From assembly GCA_023205875.1 (NCBI GenBank), contig CP060765.1:558001-622000 (forward strand): 64,000 nt of DNA, written 5' to 3'. The notes below the pieces were generated by a model, which saw only the letters and a program-made list of their open reading frames with translations, made no database searches and was not told the DNA's origin. Below, piece after piece: positions 51,186 through 62,083 of the stretch; positions within the stretch are counted from its first letter, which is position 1; every line of letters begins with the position of its first letter. The DNA comes from Chloropicon primus. Lineage: Eukaryota. The position numbers were made by a program, and so were the translations under genes.

Positions 51186-52688
51186 TCACCGCCTGGCGCG
51201 CGCGCGGCGTTTTACATTCTTGCCCACCAAAACTGCCGAGACCGCCAGAAGGCCAACGGACCTCCATCTCCTCCCGAGCGCTCCCAACTTGTTCCCGCTC
51301 CCCGTCGTCGCGGCAGAGTCTCCCTTGCCCCCGGCCTTGGGTCTCTTCCCTCTCGGCTCCCCAGCCCCCGGGCCTCCCTTGTTGCGCTTCACGTACTCCC
51401 TCAGCCCGTTGGTCTCCAGGCCGGCGATGAACCAGCCAAAGAAGGTCTTCATGGCCAGCTTGAAGATCGAGTTGGGGAAGCCGAGGTTCTCGTAGTGGAG
51501 CAGCATCGTCTCCACGGCCCACTCCCCCGGCCTCTGCTCCGAGGGCACGAGCCTGATCCTCCAGGACGAGTAGTACTCGTTCACCCGCTTGATCTTGGGG
51601 GGCACGTCGCACTCCGTGGACTTGCTGACCACGTAGACCGTCCTCCAGCCGTCCTCGTCGACCTCGCAGAAGCTGCGGCGGGCGATGATGTACTCCCTGG
51701 GCGAGCAGAAGGCCGGGAACTTCCTGACCCACCTCACCACCTCGCCGCACCCCTTGGTGCACGACTCGTGGCACCCGCACTCGATGACCTTCTCCGAGCT
51801 CACGAAGCAGCGATCCCACTTCCCCCTGAACCCGTCATCGATCCAGAAGCTCTCGACGTCGGAGAACCGGACGTCCTCGAAGACGGTCTCGACCAGCATC
51901 TGCATGCAGATGGACCGGCTGCCGCACAGCGGGTCGTCCGCGTTGCTCTGGAGGTACTGCTGGCTCGCCAGCTGGGAGGACTTCTTCTTCGCCATGAGCT
52001 TCCAGCCCGGCTCGTCGGCGCCCTTGTTGTTGTTGTTCCTCCTCCTCCTCCGTTCCTGGGAACCTGCCGCTTGCGCCGCGGGGGCCTGCGTCTTCAGGGT
52101 GCTCAGCCTCCTCTTGAAGTCCTCGAGGTCGGCCTGGCCGATGAGCTCCTCGAGGTCGAGGGACTTCCTCCCGGCCTCCTGCTCCTCCTCTTCGCGGCGG
52201 CGGCGAGCCCTCCTCCGCAGCAGGGCCTCCGCCAGGAAGGACTTGAGGTAGAAGAGTCCGAAGCCGGCGCTCGCCAGGGCCACGGCCGTGCGCACGATCC
52301 TCTCGTACCCCGAGAGCTCAGAGAGGAGGGACCACGTCGTGCCTCCCGGCGGGCGGCGGGGCACGGGGATCCTCAGCGCGTTCGCGAGCGCGCCCACCCA
52401 CTGGGACTGGGTCACGACCTGCACCGCGTTCAGCACGGCCCACCCGAGGATGTTCCAGGCCAGCACGAACGCCGCCGCCTGGGCCGCGACCCTCCACTCC
52501 TTGGCTTGCTTCCAGTCCCCGCCGTAGAGCAGGGTCGAGGTCCCGCCCGTCCGCAGCTCCGACACCAGGACGGACACGAACACCAGTAAGCCCGTCGCCG
52601 CGCAGGCGACAACCTTCCTCCCCGCCTCCCTCCACGACGACGAGGGCGAGGAGGAAGAGGAAGAGGAAGCGGAAGCAGTTGAACTCAT
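51186..52688 (-). CDS. Membrane-anchored START-domain lipid-binding protein
   Basis: N-terminal TM helices; FWIDDGFRGKWD, VVRWVRKFPAFCSPREYIIARR, RVNEYYSSWRI. Start codon uncertain. Confidence 0.85.
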   Translation of the reverse strand: MSSTASASSSSSSSPSSSWREAGRKVVACAATGLLVFVSVLVSELRTGGTSTLLYGGDWKQAKEWRVAAQAAAFVLAWNILGWAVLNAVQVVTQSQWVGALANALRIPVPRRPPGGTTWSLLSELSGYERIVRTAVALASAGFGLFYLKSFLAEALLRRRARRRREEEEQEAGRKSLDLEELIGQADLEDFKRRLSTLKTQAPAAQAAGSQERRRRRNNNNKGADEPGWKLMAKKKSSQLASQQYLQSNADDPLCGSRSICMQMLVETVFEDVRFSDVESFWIDDGFRGKWDRCFVSSEKVIECGCHESCTKGCGEVVRWVRKFPAFCSPREYIIARRSFCEVDEDGWRTVYVVSKSTECDVPPKIKRVNEYYSSWRIRLVPSEQRPGEWAVETMLLHYENLGFPNSIFKLAMKTFFGWFIAGLETNGLREYVKRNKGGPGAGEPRGKRPKAGGKGDSAATTGSGNKLGALGRRWRSVGLLAVSAVLVGKNVKRRARARR

Positions 52689-52705
52689 GATGATGGTGAT
52701 GCTTC

Positions 52706-52737
<32 letters not shown>

Positions 52738-53702
52738 CTTGTTGTTGTTGGATGTTTTTGATGAGATGAGGATGAGGATGAGGATGAGGATGAGGATGAG
52801 GATGAAATCTCTCTCTCTCTCTCTCTCTTCTCGTCGTCCAACCGTCTCAGCGAAAGCCAGCGTCCCCCTCACCCCGTCCGTCCCTCGTCGTCGTCGTCGT
52901 TGATGCTGAAGAAGAAGAAGATGATGATGACGACGCTTGCCTCGTAGAGAAAGAAGTCTCTAGACGGCCCGTTTTCCTCCTCTCCTCGCCCGCCAAGGAC
53001 TGGCCTGGCCTGGAAAGTCCGTTGGTTCGTGTTCCGTGGGTGTTGTGTTGCGTTTGATGCTTGTGTGTTGTGTTGTGTATGACGCCCGGGTTCCCCGAGG
53101 ATGACGGTCGTGGTCGTGGTCGTGGTCGTTCTCGTTGTCGTGTCCTCGGGTTTCGTCTGCGATGTGTCTCTTGAGAGAAGATCTCGGCCAGCCGCAGCCA
53201 TCCGTCGATTGGCTGGCCCCAAGGATTTGAAGATAAAATCCTTCTTTTTTATCCTGTAGTTACAACCCTCTTACAACCTCAGACCACGAGGGGGAGGGGG
53301 GAGAGATTCGTACAAAGGGATTTTCTACACGGAGGAGGGGGGTTATCAATGAGTGTACGTAATTACACTCAAGATTACACACACAAGACGAGACGAGGAC
53401 CCGGACCCGGACCAGGGAAAGGTGACGAACCCAGGAGGGACAAGAGAGAGAGGCGAAGAGGAGGAAGAGGAAGAGGAAGAGGAAGAGGAAGGGAGGGTGG
53501 GATCACGTAGGCCAAGAGGTAGGGGGAGAAAAAGGGCCAGTCTTGAGCGGTCCTGCTTTCACGACACGACGGACCTCCATACGTCGTCCTCTCCTCGAGC
53601 AAAGGCACCACCAACACCAACGCCAACGACACCAACAACAACTAGAGGAGCGAGCGAGCAAGCAAGCAAGATCGTCGATCGTCGATCTGTTTGTTGTCTT
53701 CG

Positions 53703-54263
53703 ATGTCTTCGTCGGGCGGAAAGGGCACGAACGTGCTGAAGGTTTGCGTGGTGGGTCACAAGGGAAGCGGGAAGACGGTGCTGTGCAAGCTTCTGGCCGA
53801 GCAGGTGTTCTCGGCGTCGTCAAGCCGGGAGTACCAGCCCACCGCGGGGCTCCGCGTCCAGGAGTTCGACTTCCTGCACAAGGGGGTCCAGAGGCAGGTC
53901 CAGCTGTGGGACTGCTCCGGGGACCCGACGTACGAGAAGTACTTCCGGGTGATGGCCAAGGGGACCCAGGGCGTGCTCCTCGTCCACAACGCGTCCAAGG
54001 ACCAGGAGGCCGACCTGGAGGTGTTCTACAGGATCTTCGCCCAGCCGAACAAGCTGACGATGGCCCAGGTGGCGACCATCGGCACGACTTTCACGGGCGG
54101 GAACGGCCAGCAGCAGCAGGCGGTCCCCCTGCAGAGGAAGCTCAAGACCCTGGACCACTTCCAGGTCGACTTGGGGCAGCTGGTGGGGAAGCAGAACACG
54201 GGGAAGGCCATGGCACTCCTCAGGCCCAAGTTCGAGACCATCGTCGACACTGTCTTCGGGTAG
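53703..54263 (+). CDS. IFT22: Intraflagellar transport protein 22 (RABL5)
   Basis: KVCVVGHKGSGKT..LAE, YQPTAGLRVQE, VQLWDCSGD; lacks NKxD and a prenylation site. TGTAA at 54281-54285. Confidence 0.8.
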   Translation: MSSSGGKGTNVLKVCVVGHKGSGKTVLCKLLAEQVFSASSSREYQPTAGLRVQEFDFLHKGVQRQVQLWDCSGDPTYEKYFRVMAKGTQGVLLVHNASKDQEADLEVFYRIFAQPNKLTMAQVATIGTTFTGGNGQQQQAVPLQRKLKTLDHFQVDLGQLVGKQNTGKAMALLRPKFETIVDTVFG

Positions 54264-54429
54264 AAAGCCACCGCCACCCCTGTAACAAAGCCCTGCATAA
54301 AACAATTTTATTTTATCAAACACACACACACACATATATATATATCGAACTCTCTCTTCAATCGTTCTGCTCGTCTGCTTCAGCTCCTCGTCTTCATCGT
54401 TGTGGCGTGATGCGATGATCCCCAGTCGA

Positions 54430-55836
54430 TCACCTCGAGACGACGATCTGAAAGAGCTTGTCCCCAAAGGCCTTCCTCGAGAACTTGGCCCTCACGTGGC
54501 GCCTCGACGCCTCCCCCATGCGGAGCAGGGCCCCCTCGTCCATGGCGCAGAGCCGACCCATGGCCGACGCGAAGGCCCTCGCCGTGGGCTCGCAGATGAA
54601 CCCGGTCTCCCCGCTCACGACGGTCTCCAGGGGGCCGCCGCTGTCACAGGCCACCACCGGCCGCCCCGCCGCCATGGCCTCCAGGGGCACGATGCCAAAG
54701 TGCTCGTTCTGAGGGGTGTACACGACCGCCGCGCAGCCCGAGAGCAAGGTCTCCCTCTCCTCGTCCGTGAAGGAGGGGAAGAACGACACGTGGTCCTGCA
54801 GGTCCAGCCTCTGGCACAGGTCCTTCAGGTGGCTCAGGTACTCCACGTTCTCGGGAAGCCTCTTGTCGTAGCCCCCCGCGATCACGAGCCGGGGCAGGGG
54901 CCCGCTGGGCGACTTCTTCCCCCCGCCCTCCGACGAGAGGTCCGCGTGCAGCTCCTTCAGGGCCGTGACCGCCAGGGCAATGTCCTTCTTCTTCTCGAAC
55001 CTGTTGATCGAGAGGAAGGTCTTGGCCCCAGCCGCGCGACCTGCTGCCTTCTCCTCCTCCTCCTCGTCGTCGTCGTCGCCCCCCACCCTCACGGCGGGGT
55101 ACACCACCCTGACCGTGATGTTCCTCCTGGCCAGCCTCTCAAAGGTGCGGAAGAAGACCCCCTTGGTGAAGTTGGAGTTCACCAGGACGACGTCCGCCAG
55201 CCCGGTGGTCACCTCCTCCACCCAATCCAGGGGAACCCGGTACAATCGCTTGAGGTTGTGGACCGCGAGCCTTCCGAGCCCCCCCCTCCCCGAGCCCTTG
55301 GGTCCCTCCCTGCTGCTCAGCAGGAGGTCCGGGTAATGGCAGTAGAACACGACGCGGACTCTCCTCCGCCGAGGGAGGAACCAGTTCGCCACGACGAACG
55401 GGACGACCGCCACGCTCACCTGGTCCACGAACACGACGTCTGGTGCCGTGGCCCTCGCCGTCGCGGCCAAGACCGCCACGTGAGCGGCCACCACCAAGCA
55501 ACGGATCATTGCGCACAAGGCGACGAACCGCCCGAGCACGGTCCTCGGGAACCAGGACCCCTTGACGGTGACCCCGAAGGCCGGCTCGTCCCCCTCCGGC
55601 CTCCCCTTCTGCTTGGTCTCCTCGAAGCACCTCTCCTCGTCGTGGTGCGCGGTGTAGACCTCGACGTGGCACCCGTGTCCCTCGGCGAGCTCGGAGGCCG
55701 CGTCCACGACGAGTCGCTCCGCCCCGCCCAGGCCCAGGTCCGGGTGCACGAAGGCCACCCTCACCCTCTGCCGACCCTCGCCCTCGCCCTCGTCGTCCCC
55801 CAGGCCACCGCCAAGCGGGAAGCTCTCCACCGCCAT
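54430..55836 (-). CDS. ALG2: Alpha-1,3/1,6-mannosyltransferase
   Basis: FVHPDLGLGGAERLVVDAA, FYCHYPD, FLSINRFEKKKDI, YTPQNEHFGIVPLEAM. Confidence 0.95.
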   Translation of the reverse strand: MAVESFPLGGGLGDDEGEGEGRQRVRVAFVHPDLGLGGAERLVVDAASELAEGHGCHVEVYTAHHDEERCFEETKQKGRPEGDEPAFGVTVKGSWFPRTVLGRFVALCAMIRCLVVAAHVAVLAATARATAPDVVFVDQVSVAVVPFVVANWFLPRRRRVRVVFYCHYPDLLLSSREGPKGSGRGGLGRLAVHNLKRLYRVPLDWVEEVTTGLADVVLVNSNFTKGVFFRTFERLARRNITVRVVYPAVRVGGDDDDEEEEEKAAGRAAGAKTFLSINRFEKKKDIALAVTALKELHADLSSEGGGKKSPSGPLPRLVIAGGYDKRLPENVEYLSHLKDLCQRLDLQDHVSFFPSFTDEERETLLSGCAAVVYTPQNEHFGIVPLEAMAAGRPVVACDSGGPLETVVSGETGFICEPTARAFASAMGRLCAMDEGALLRMGEASRRHVRAKFSRKAFGDKLFQIVVSR

Positions 55837-56110
55837 GGCGCCTCTCCCTCTCCGGATTGACAGCTGGAGAGCGGAGCGGAGGGAGAGGGAGGTGGCTCGG
55901 CCCCACTCCACTCCACTCGACTCGACTTGGCTTGACTTGGATGAAAGAATGGTGGTGGTAGTGGGGTTATGGTTTACAATGGAGGGAGGAAGGCCTTGAA
56001 TCGCTCTGCCTTCGGCCTTCCTCTCTGCTTTTACTTATTATTACTAGCAGTATTCGTCCGTCAATCAACGTCGTTTCGAGTGGTGGTGGTGGGAGTGGTG
56101 CCTCTTCTTG

Positions 56111-57667
56111 CTATTTGTAGACTCCCGCCAGGACGTGTCTCAGGGTGAACCCAAAGGCGCAGCAGACGAACTGGAAGAAGAGGATCCTGTTGCACAGCTG
56201 CTTCTCGGTGCAGGGCCCGAAGAGCCTGAGGAACAGGGTCACCAGGTTCAGGTTGTACCCCCCGTCCTGCCTCCTGGAGGGGTGGAGGAGCCCGGTCTCC
56301 CTGTCGTACACGGGGAGCCTGTGCCGGGGGCACGGGACGACCTTGAACAGCTGCGGCGTGGAGTACACGAAGTTGATGATCTGGGGGATGAAGAACACCA
56401 GGAGGGTCTCGCTGAAGTGCCCCAGGATGCCGCTCACCGCCAGGGCCATGCCCGCAAAGTACGTGTACGTGTCCCCCACAAAGACCCTGCTGGGGTAGTA
56501 GTTGAACAGGAGGAGCGCCGCGGTCACCGCCACCAGGGGCAGGGTGATGTAAGCGGAGAACAGGTGGGCGTCCCTGACCCTGACGTCCTCCAGGGTGAGC
56601 TCCGGCAGCGCGACGATGGAGCTCAGCTTGGTCACGTTGAACAGGAGGACCGCCCCGGCGATGATGAGGGTCTGCCCCGCCTCCAAGCCGTTCAGCCCAG
56701 CCAGAATGTTGATCGAGTTGGTGCAGAAGACCACGACAAGGACCATGAAGATCTGGTACAGGACGCCCAAGTCCACCAGGGAGCACCCCACGAGGTCCCT
56801 GAGGGGCAGGGGGATCAAGATCGCCGTGGACCCGGTGTAGGCCGCGATGATGGGCAGGGTCGCCACCGTGGGCAGCACGAGCTTGGTCCTCCACGGGATG
56901 TCCAGCACGTCGTCCGCGAACCCCAGGAAGACCATCAGGGAGATCGACGCCAGCGCGGAGTTGTACTGGATCAGCCACTTCTCCGTCCAGTCGTCCAGGC
57001 CGTGCTGGGGCAGGAGGTAGGACGGCGAGGAGGCCGGGTAGGGAGAGTCGCTGGGGCCGAGGAGGGCGTCCTTGAGGCAGCTCCACCACCCCTCGTGGTG
57101 CCGCTGGCTCGAGGGCGGCGGCCTGAGGAAGTGCGTGTGGATCACCTGGAACAGGACGATGCAGACGATGTGCACGAGCCCGGTGGCGAGTCCCAGGGAC
57201 TCCGGGATCGGTATCTCCCCCCCCTCGGTCCCCCTCTTGTTGATGTCCTTGCCGAAGAGTCCCTTGGCGAGGTTGGCCCTCGCCACGACCGGGATGAGTC
57301 GCTTGCAGGCGAAGAATCCCACCAGGCTCAGCAGTCCGCTGCACACGATGCTTTCCTTCTCCCTGGAGGGTTTGAATCCCCCCATGGCGAGCGCCAGTAC
57401 TGCGGGCAGGAGTGCAAGTGCCACGATCACCCCCACGTCCCTCGTCCTCTCCCCACACGTCCTCACGTCCGCTTCCCCCTGAACCTTCCCCTCGTTGTCG
57501 TTGTTGTTGTTGTTGTTGTTGTTCTCCTCCTGGTGTTTGTTGTTTGTTGTTGTTTTTCGTTGGTTGTCCATCCTGTTTTTCCTGTTAGTCCTGGCCCTCC
57601 TGGGTGGCACGGGCGGCGAAGGCGACCTCGTCCTCGTCCTCGTCCTCATCCTCATCCTCGTCCTCAT
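56111..57667 (-). CDS. ALG7: UDP-GlcNAc:dolichol-phosphate GlcNAc-1-P transferase
   Basis: LFGKDINK, FLGFADDVLDIPWR, FCTNSINILAGLNGLEAGQ, VFVGDTYTYFAGM, PCPRHRLP. Start codon uncertain. Confidence 0.95.
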   Translation of the reverse strand: MRTRMRMRTRTRTRSPSPPVPPRRARTNRKNRMDNQRKTTTNNKHQEENNNNNNNNDNEGKVQGEADVRTCGERTRDVGVIVALALLPAVLALAMGGFKPSREKESIVCSGLLSLVGFFACKRLIPVVARANLAKGLFGKDINKRGTEGGEIPIPESLGLATGLVHIVCIVLFQVIHTHFLRPPPSSQRHHEGWWSCLKDALLGPSDSPYPASSPSYLLPQHGLDDWTEKWLIQYNSALASISLMVFLGFADDVLDIPWRTKLVLPTVATLPIIAAYTGSTAILIPLPLRDLVGCSLVDLGVLYQIFMVLVVVFCTNSINILAGLNGLEAGQTLIIAGAVLLFNVTKLSSIVALPELTLEDVRVRDAHLFSAYITLPLVAVTAALLLFNYYPSRVFVGDTYTYFAGMALAVSGILGHFSETLLVFFIPQIINFVYSTPQLFKVVPCPRHRLPVYDRETGLLHPSRRQDGGYNLNLVTLFLRLFGPCTEKQLCNRILFFQFVCCAFGFTLRHVLAGVYK

Positions 57668-58218
57668 GGTCTCCCCCCGGAGTCCTCGTCCTCCTCCTCG
57701 TCCTGGTTGTCCTGGTTGGGGTCGTGTTTTTAGGTTTTCATGTATTTAGGTTTTGTTGTGGGGAGATATTTCTTGTTCGTTGAGTGAGTTGACCTCCTAG
57801 ATATTTATGACACGAGGGAGGGGAGAAAGAAAACCACCTCAGCAAAGAAACAAAGACAGAAGGGGCAACAACACGCAACAGACACCATCACGACAACGAC
57901 AACGAACAACGAACAACAACACGGGGGGGGACGGAAACAAACACACACACACACACGACCATAGGACCAACCAACAACACGACGACACGACGACGACGTC
58001 GAAGAGGAAGAAAAGAGTCACGACACGGGACAGGGACAGGATACAACCTCCTCGATCCAACCACTGTACGACGTGACGGAGGGAGGGACGGGACTGAACC
58101 CGGGGAAACAGACAAGAAACAACACAACGCAACACACGAAGAGACGCGACGCGCGGAAAAGGAACACGAGGAAACGCAGACCGGGCGCTTGCTTGCTTAC
58201 TTGGTCTTCAAGAGAAGG

Positions 58219-60789
58219 ATGGAGCTGAGGGCGGAGGAGGAGAGGGGCTTTGGCCCGCCACCTCCTCTCCAGGACAAGAACGAGAACGAGAAGGAGAACA
58301 AGGGAAACAACGAGAAGGAGAATGAGGACAAGATGCTGCTGGGAACGAGGAAGAGGGACGCGGACGAGGCAACCACCTCGGGGGAGAAGAAACCGGCCGC
58401 CAACCCGTCGTCGGCCTTCTCGCCCAGGAGTCACCACCGCCAGCAGGAGCAAGATCCTCGCGGCGACTCGCGACGAAAGCAGGCGGACGTGGTGTTCTCG
58501 GCGAACCAGTGCAGCAGCAAGACGACGACGGCGAGGGCGACGACGAAGAAGAAGGAGGAGGAGGTTCGCCGCCACCGGGACTCGTGCCCTGCTGCCGCTC
58601 GGCAGGGATCTGGAAGGGCTTCCGCCTCCGGAGGTGGTCACCACAACCCCCGATCTTCGTCGTCCGTGTACATCGCCTCCCTGGGGTGCCGGAGGCCGTA
58701 CCCGACGTGCTGCGACCTGTACTACAGCTCGGACAAGAGCGACTCGGACGACCTCCCGGAGCCGGCGCTGTCGCTCCTGTCCAGCAGCAATCAGAGCGCG
58801 CGCACGACCGAGCAGTGCAGGAAGAGGCTCGGGCAGGACCAGGCTCAGGCTCACAACAAGAGCAGCAAGCTCATGAGAACGGCGACCGCCGGCGCGGGGG
58901 CCGGGACCGTCGCCGTGGCCGCCACCCTGGAGTGCCTCAGCGAGGAGCTCCTGCACAAGATCGTGTGCCACCTGGACCCCAAGAGCGTGAGCAGCATGAG
59001 GTGCACCAACAGGCACTTTCGGCAGATCGTCGACAGGGAGGACGGCCAGGTGTGGAGGGAGGCCATGCGGAACTACTGCGGGGACCCGTGCGCCTCGCAC
59101 CTTTGCGAAAAGTACCTCGGCAAGTCCCCCAAGGGGACCTCCGCCTGCGGGGAGGCCAGGGACCTGGCGAGGAAGCTCGTGACGCTCGAGAACCTGAGGT
59201 GGACCAAGAGGACCGTGGGGGGCAAGGTGGAGCCCACCAGGTGCAACTTCTCCTCGTGCGCGGTGGGGCAGAAGATCGTGATCTTCGGGGGGGACCACGG
59301 GCAGCACGCCCTGAACGACACGTACGTCCTGGACCTGACCGAGGACCGACGCGACTTGACCCCGAGCAAGAGCCCCGGGTGGAAGCGCCTGCACATGAGG
59401 AGGTCCCCCCCCGGGAGGTTTGGCCACACCATCAGGGCCCTGAACGACCACATGTGCGTCCTGTTCGGGGGCTGCGGCAACAACGGCCTGTTCAACGACT
59501 GCTACCTGCTCGACCTCAACGACAAGGAGCCCCAGTGGAGGCAGGTGGTGACCCACCCCAAGCCCGCAGGCGAAGGCCCGATGATGGAGGCGGAGGAGGC
59601 GGATGACTACCTCCTCGGGGGGAGGGACTACTTGCAGGGCGGCGCGAGGGCCGGCGAGGCGCCGGGGGAGGTCAACGTCCCCGTGGAGAGGGTGTGGCAC
59701 GCGGCCTGCATGGTGCAGCAGAGCAAGCTGGTGGTCTTCGGGGGCTGCGACAACGTCGGGAAGCTTCTTGACGACATGCACATCCTCGACCTCTCCCCCC
59801 TCCTGTCCTCCAAGGGGAGCAGGGAGGCTGGGGCGGACGGGAGCAAGAGGGGGACGCCGCCGAGCAGTGGGAGCTCCAGGCCTCCGACGATTCAGCAGCA
59901 CGCCGAGGTCGCCCCGGAGCAGCAGCACCAGGAGGGCCAGCAGCACAGGCAGCAACCGCCTGTGCAGGGCGTGACCTCCCCCGACTGGAGGGAGGTGGCC
60001 CCGCCCTCCCAGGGCCCGGGGGTGCTGAAGCCGAGCAAGGGCAAGAAGCCCGCGCTGGTGGATCAGCTCCAGTTGGACAACACGGCGGCGACCACGAGGG
60101 TGGCGGCGATGAGGACGACCCAGCACCAGGAGGGCGAGGCCGAGGCCGGCACCCTCCTTCGCTGGAGGAAGGTGGAGACGGGAAGCGGCTTCAAGCCTCC
60201 CGCGAGGATCGGCCACTCCCTCGTCGTCCTGCAGGAGGAGGGGACCAAGGTCATGGTGTTCGGGGGGATCGCGAACGTGGGCCCAGTCCGAGCGAGGGAC
60301 AACTCGGCCTTCGTGATCGACATCGCGGCCAAGGAGCCCAAGTGGGTCCCGGTCGGCCGCACGCCCGAGGCCCAGCACCGCAACAAGCAGGTCTCCGGAG
60401 CCGCTCCGCACCAGCACCACCGGGAGCACAGCAGGGGTCGCCACGGTTCCAGCAACCTTCCCTTGCCCTCCCCTCGGCTCGACCACGTGTGCTGGAAGCT
60501 GCCGGGGGACAGGCAGATCGTCTTTGGCGGCTCCGCTTCGGTCTTCGGCAAGGGGAGCCAGAGCGACCACAGGGGCATGTTTTTGCTGAACGGCGAGGCC
60601 CAGGACCAAGGCAAGTTGACCGCCAGCTGGACCAAGATCGAGACGTCCCAGGCGGGCTGCGAGGGCCCCCAGTCGGCGTGGAACCACTGCGCCTGCGTCA
60701 TGGATCACGGAATGAAGTGCGTCGTTCTCGGCGGGAGCAAGGGTCAGGACTGGCTCGTGAACGAGCTCCACGAGCTCAGCATCATGTGA
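58219..60789 (+). CDS. ZTL/FKF1 (Adagio)-like F-box Kelch protein without a recognisable LOV domain
   Basis: F-box LSEELLHKIVCHLDPK; LARKLVTLE..VGGKVEPTRCNFSSCAVG; PPGRFGHT; PSPRLDHV..LPG; C-terminal GQDWLVNELHELS. Confidence 0.8.
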   Translation: MELRAEEERGFGPPPPLQDKNENEKENKGNNEKENEDKMLLGTRKRDADEATTSGEKKPAANPSSAFSPRSHHRQQEQDPRGDSRRKQADVVFSANQCSSKTTTARATTKKKEEEVRRHRDSCPAAARQGSGRASASGGGHHNPRSSSSVYIASLGCRRPYPTCCDLYYSSDKSDSDDLPEPALSLLSSSNQSARTTEQCRKRLGQDQAQAHNKSSKLMRTATAGAGAGTVAVAATLECLSEELLHKIVCHLDPKSVSSMRCTNRHFRQIVDREDGQVWREAMRNYCGDPCASHLCEKYLGKSPKGTSACGEARDLARKLVTLENLRWTKRTVGGKVEPTRCNFSSCAVGQKIVIFGGDHGQHALNDTYVLDLTEDRRDLTPSKSPGWKRLHMRRSPPGRFGHTIRALNDHMCVLFGGCGNNGLFNDCYLLDLNDKEPQWRQVVTHPKPAGEGPMMEAEEADDYLLGGRDYLQGGARAGEAPGEVNVPVERVWHAACMVQQSKLVVFGGCDNVGKLLDDMHILDLSPLLSSKGSREAGADGSKRGTPPSSGSSRPPTIQQHAEVAPEQQHQEGQQHRQQPPVQGVTSPDWREVAPPSQGPGVLKPSKGKKPALVDQLQLDNTAATTRVAAMRTTQHQEGEAEAGTLLRWRKVETGSGFKPPARIGHSLVVLQEEGTKVMVFGGIANVGPVRARDNSAFVIDIAAKEPKWVPVGRTPEAQHRNKQVSGAAPHQHHREHSRGRHGSSNLPLPSPRLDHVCWKLPGDRQIVFGGSASVFGKGSQSDHRGMFLLNGEAQDQGKLTASWTKIETSQAGCEGPQSAWNHCACVMDHGMKCVVLGGSKGQDWLVNELHELSIM

Positions 60790-60974
60790 GCTCCCAGGAG
60801 GCAAGGCAAAGGAGAGGAGGAAAGAAAATGGCAAGCAAACGAATACTTTGTACCTTTATATATATTTTTTTTTGGTTCTAATTGCATCTTTATTGGCTTG
60901 GTTTCTCTAGCGAGCTTTTAGCTCTCTCTGTCTCTGTCTCTCTCTAGGTGTTGCTCAGGCCCAGCCCCCCTGGA

Positions 60975-61866
60975 CTAGACCTCCTCGGGGGTTTTGCACG
61001 ACATTCCGTCTACCGCGTGAACGGCCTCCTGGAGCTCCTCCCAGATGGCCTTGTAGACCAGCCTCTGCCTCTGCACGCTGGTCTTGCCCTCGAACACCCT
61101 GCTGACCACCTCGATGTACACGTGGCTGCCGTCCCCAGACGCGTCCGTCACCGATACCCTCTCTCCCTCGTCGTTCCCGGGGTTCAAGCCCGCGGAGATC
61201 TTCTCCGTCATGCTGTTCATCAGATCCTCCGTGATTTGCCCGCTCCGGTCATCCCCGGCACTCGTCGCCAGCCAGCCCCTCTGCCTCAACCCAGTTGTGG
61301 TGGTGGGTGACCGCCCCCGCGGCGACGACCTCTTCCTCGAGCCTCTGCCCGCCCCCAGGTCCCCACCCAAGACCCCTTTCGAATGCAAGAGGAAAGCGCA
61401 ACAGAGAGAGAGAGAGAGCAAGTGGTGAGAAGGCGGACGACGCGCAGGCGGGGAGTCAGGCAGGTGGTCTGACCACCTGCCTTCCTTCCCGCAGTTGTTG
61501 CTTGTTCGAGTGGTTTGGAGGATTTTGGTTCTGTCCGCCCTCCCCGCCCTCCCGGTGCCTTCCCGGCAACACCCGCCGCGCGTGCGAGGCGCCGCGAGCG
61601 CGCCGTTCGAGGTCCGGGTCCGTGCGACCGAGCGGCGAGGAGAAGCAGTGGTCGGTTTACTCTTGGGACAAAGCCATTTGATCTCAAGCCATTTCCGCCT
61701 GGACGGCGAACGGCGTGGAAATTGGTAAAAGTGCCCCGTGTTTGTTCTTTTTTCTTTCGTTTTTCCCGCGCGAGTGCGAGTGCGAGTGCTCACCTTTGTG
61801 CTCCCCTCTGATGCGTCCTGGTCCTCCCCCGGTGGCCCCTCGCTTGGTGGCGAACGACGCCAACAT
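60975..61866 (-). CDS. BolA4-like plastid protein; predicted exons 61794-61866 and 60975-61375
   Basis: [48 protein letters not shown]. First exon inferred from a frame-compatible GTGAGC..AG intron. Confidence 0.8.
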
Positions 61867-62083
61867 CCTCCTCTCCTCTGTCCTTTTCCTCGGCTCGGGG
61901 CCGCCAAAATCCAAAAGGAGGAGCCCGCCTTCTTGGCCAGAGCAGAGCAGAGGATCAGGAGTAACAGAGAAACGAAAGGCCTTGTCTTGTCGTCATGCAA
62001 TGCAATGCAAGGGTGGAAACCAAGGCAAGAACGAGGGCTTCAGAGCAAGATGGCAACGACGATCCAGGGACGGTGGTCCTCAG

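Noticed and set aside
52690..52930. GTT, GATGAG, CT and GTC microsatellites and the long N-terminal ORF extensions they generate
   Set aside because: Ordinary UTR or intergenic simple repeats, seen at many genes here.
53221..53250. AAGGATTT/AAATCCTT hairpin followed by a T-run, terminator-like
   Set aside because: Weak AT-rich stem in a eukaryotic intergenic region, with no upstream RNA gene identifiable.
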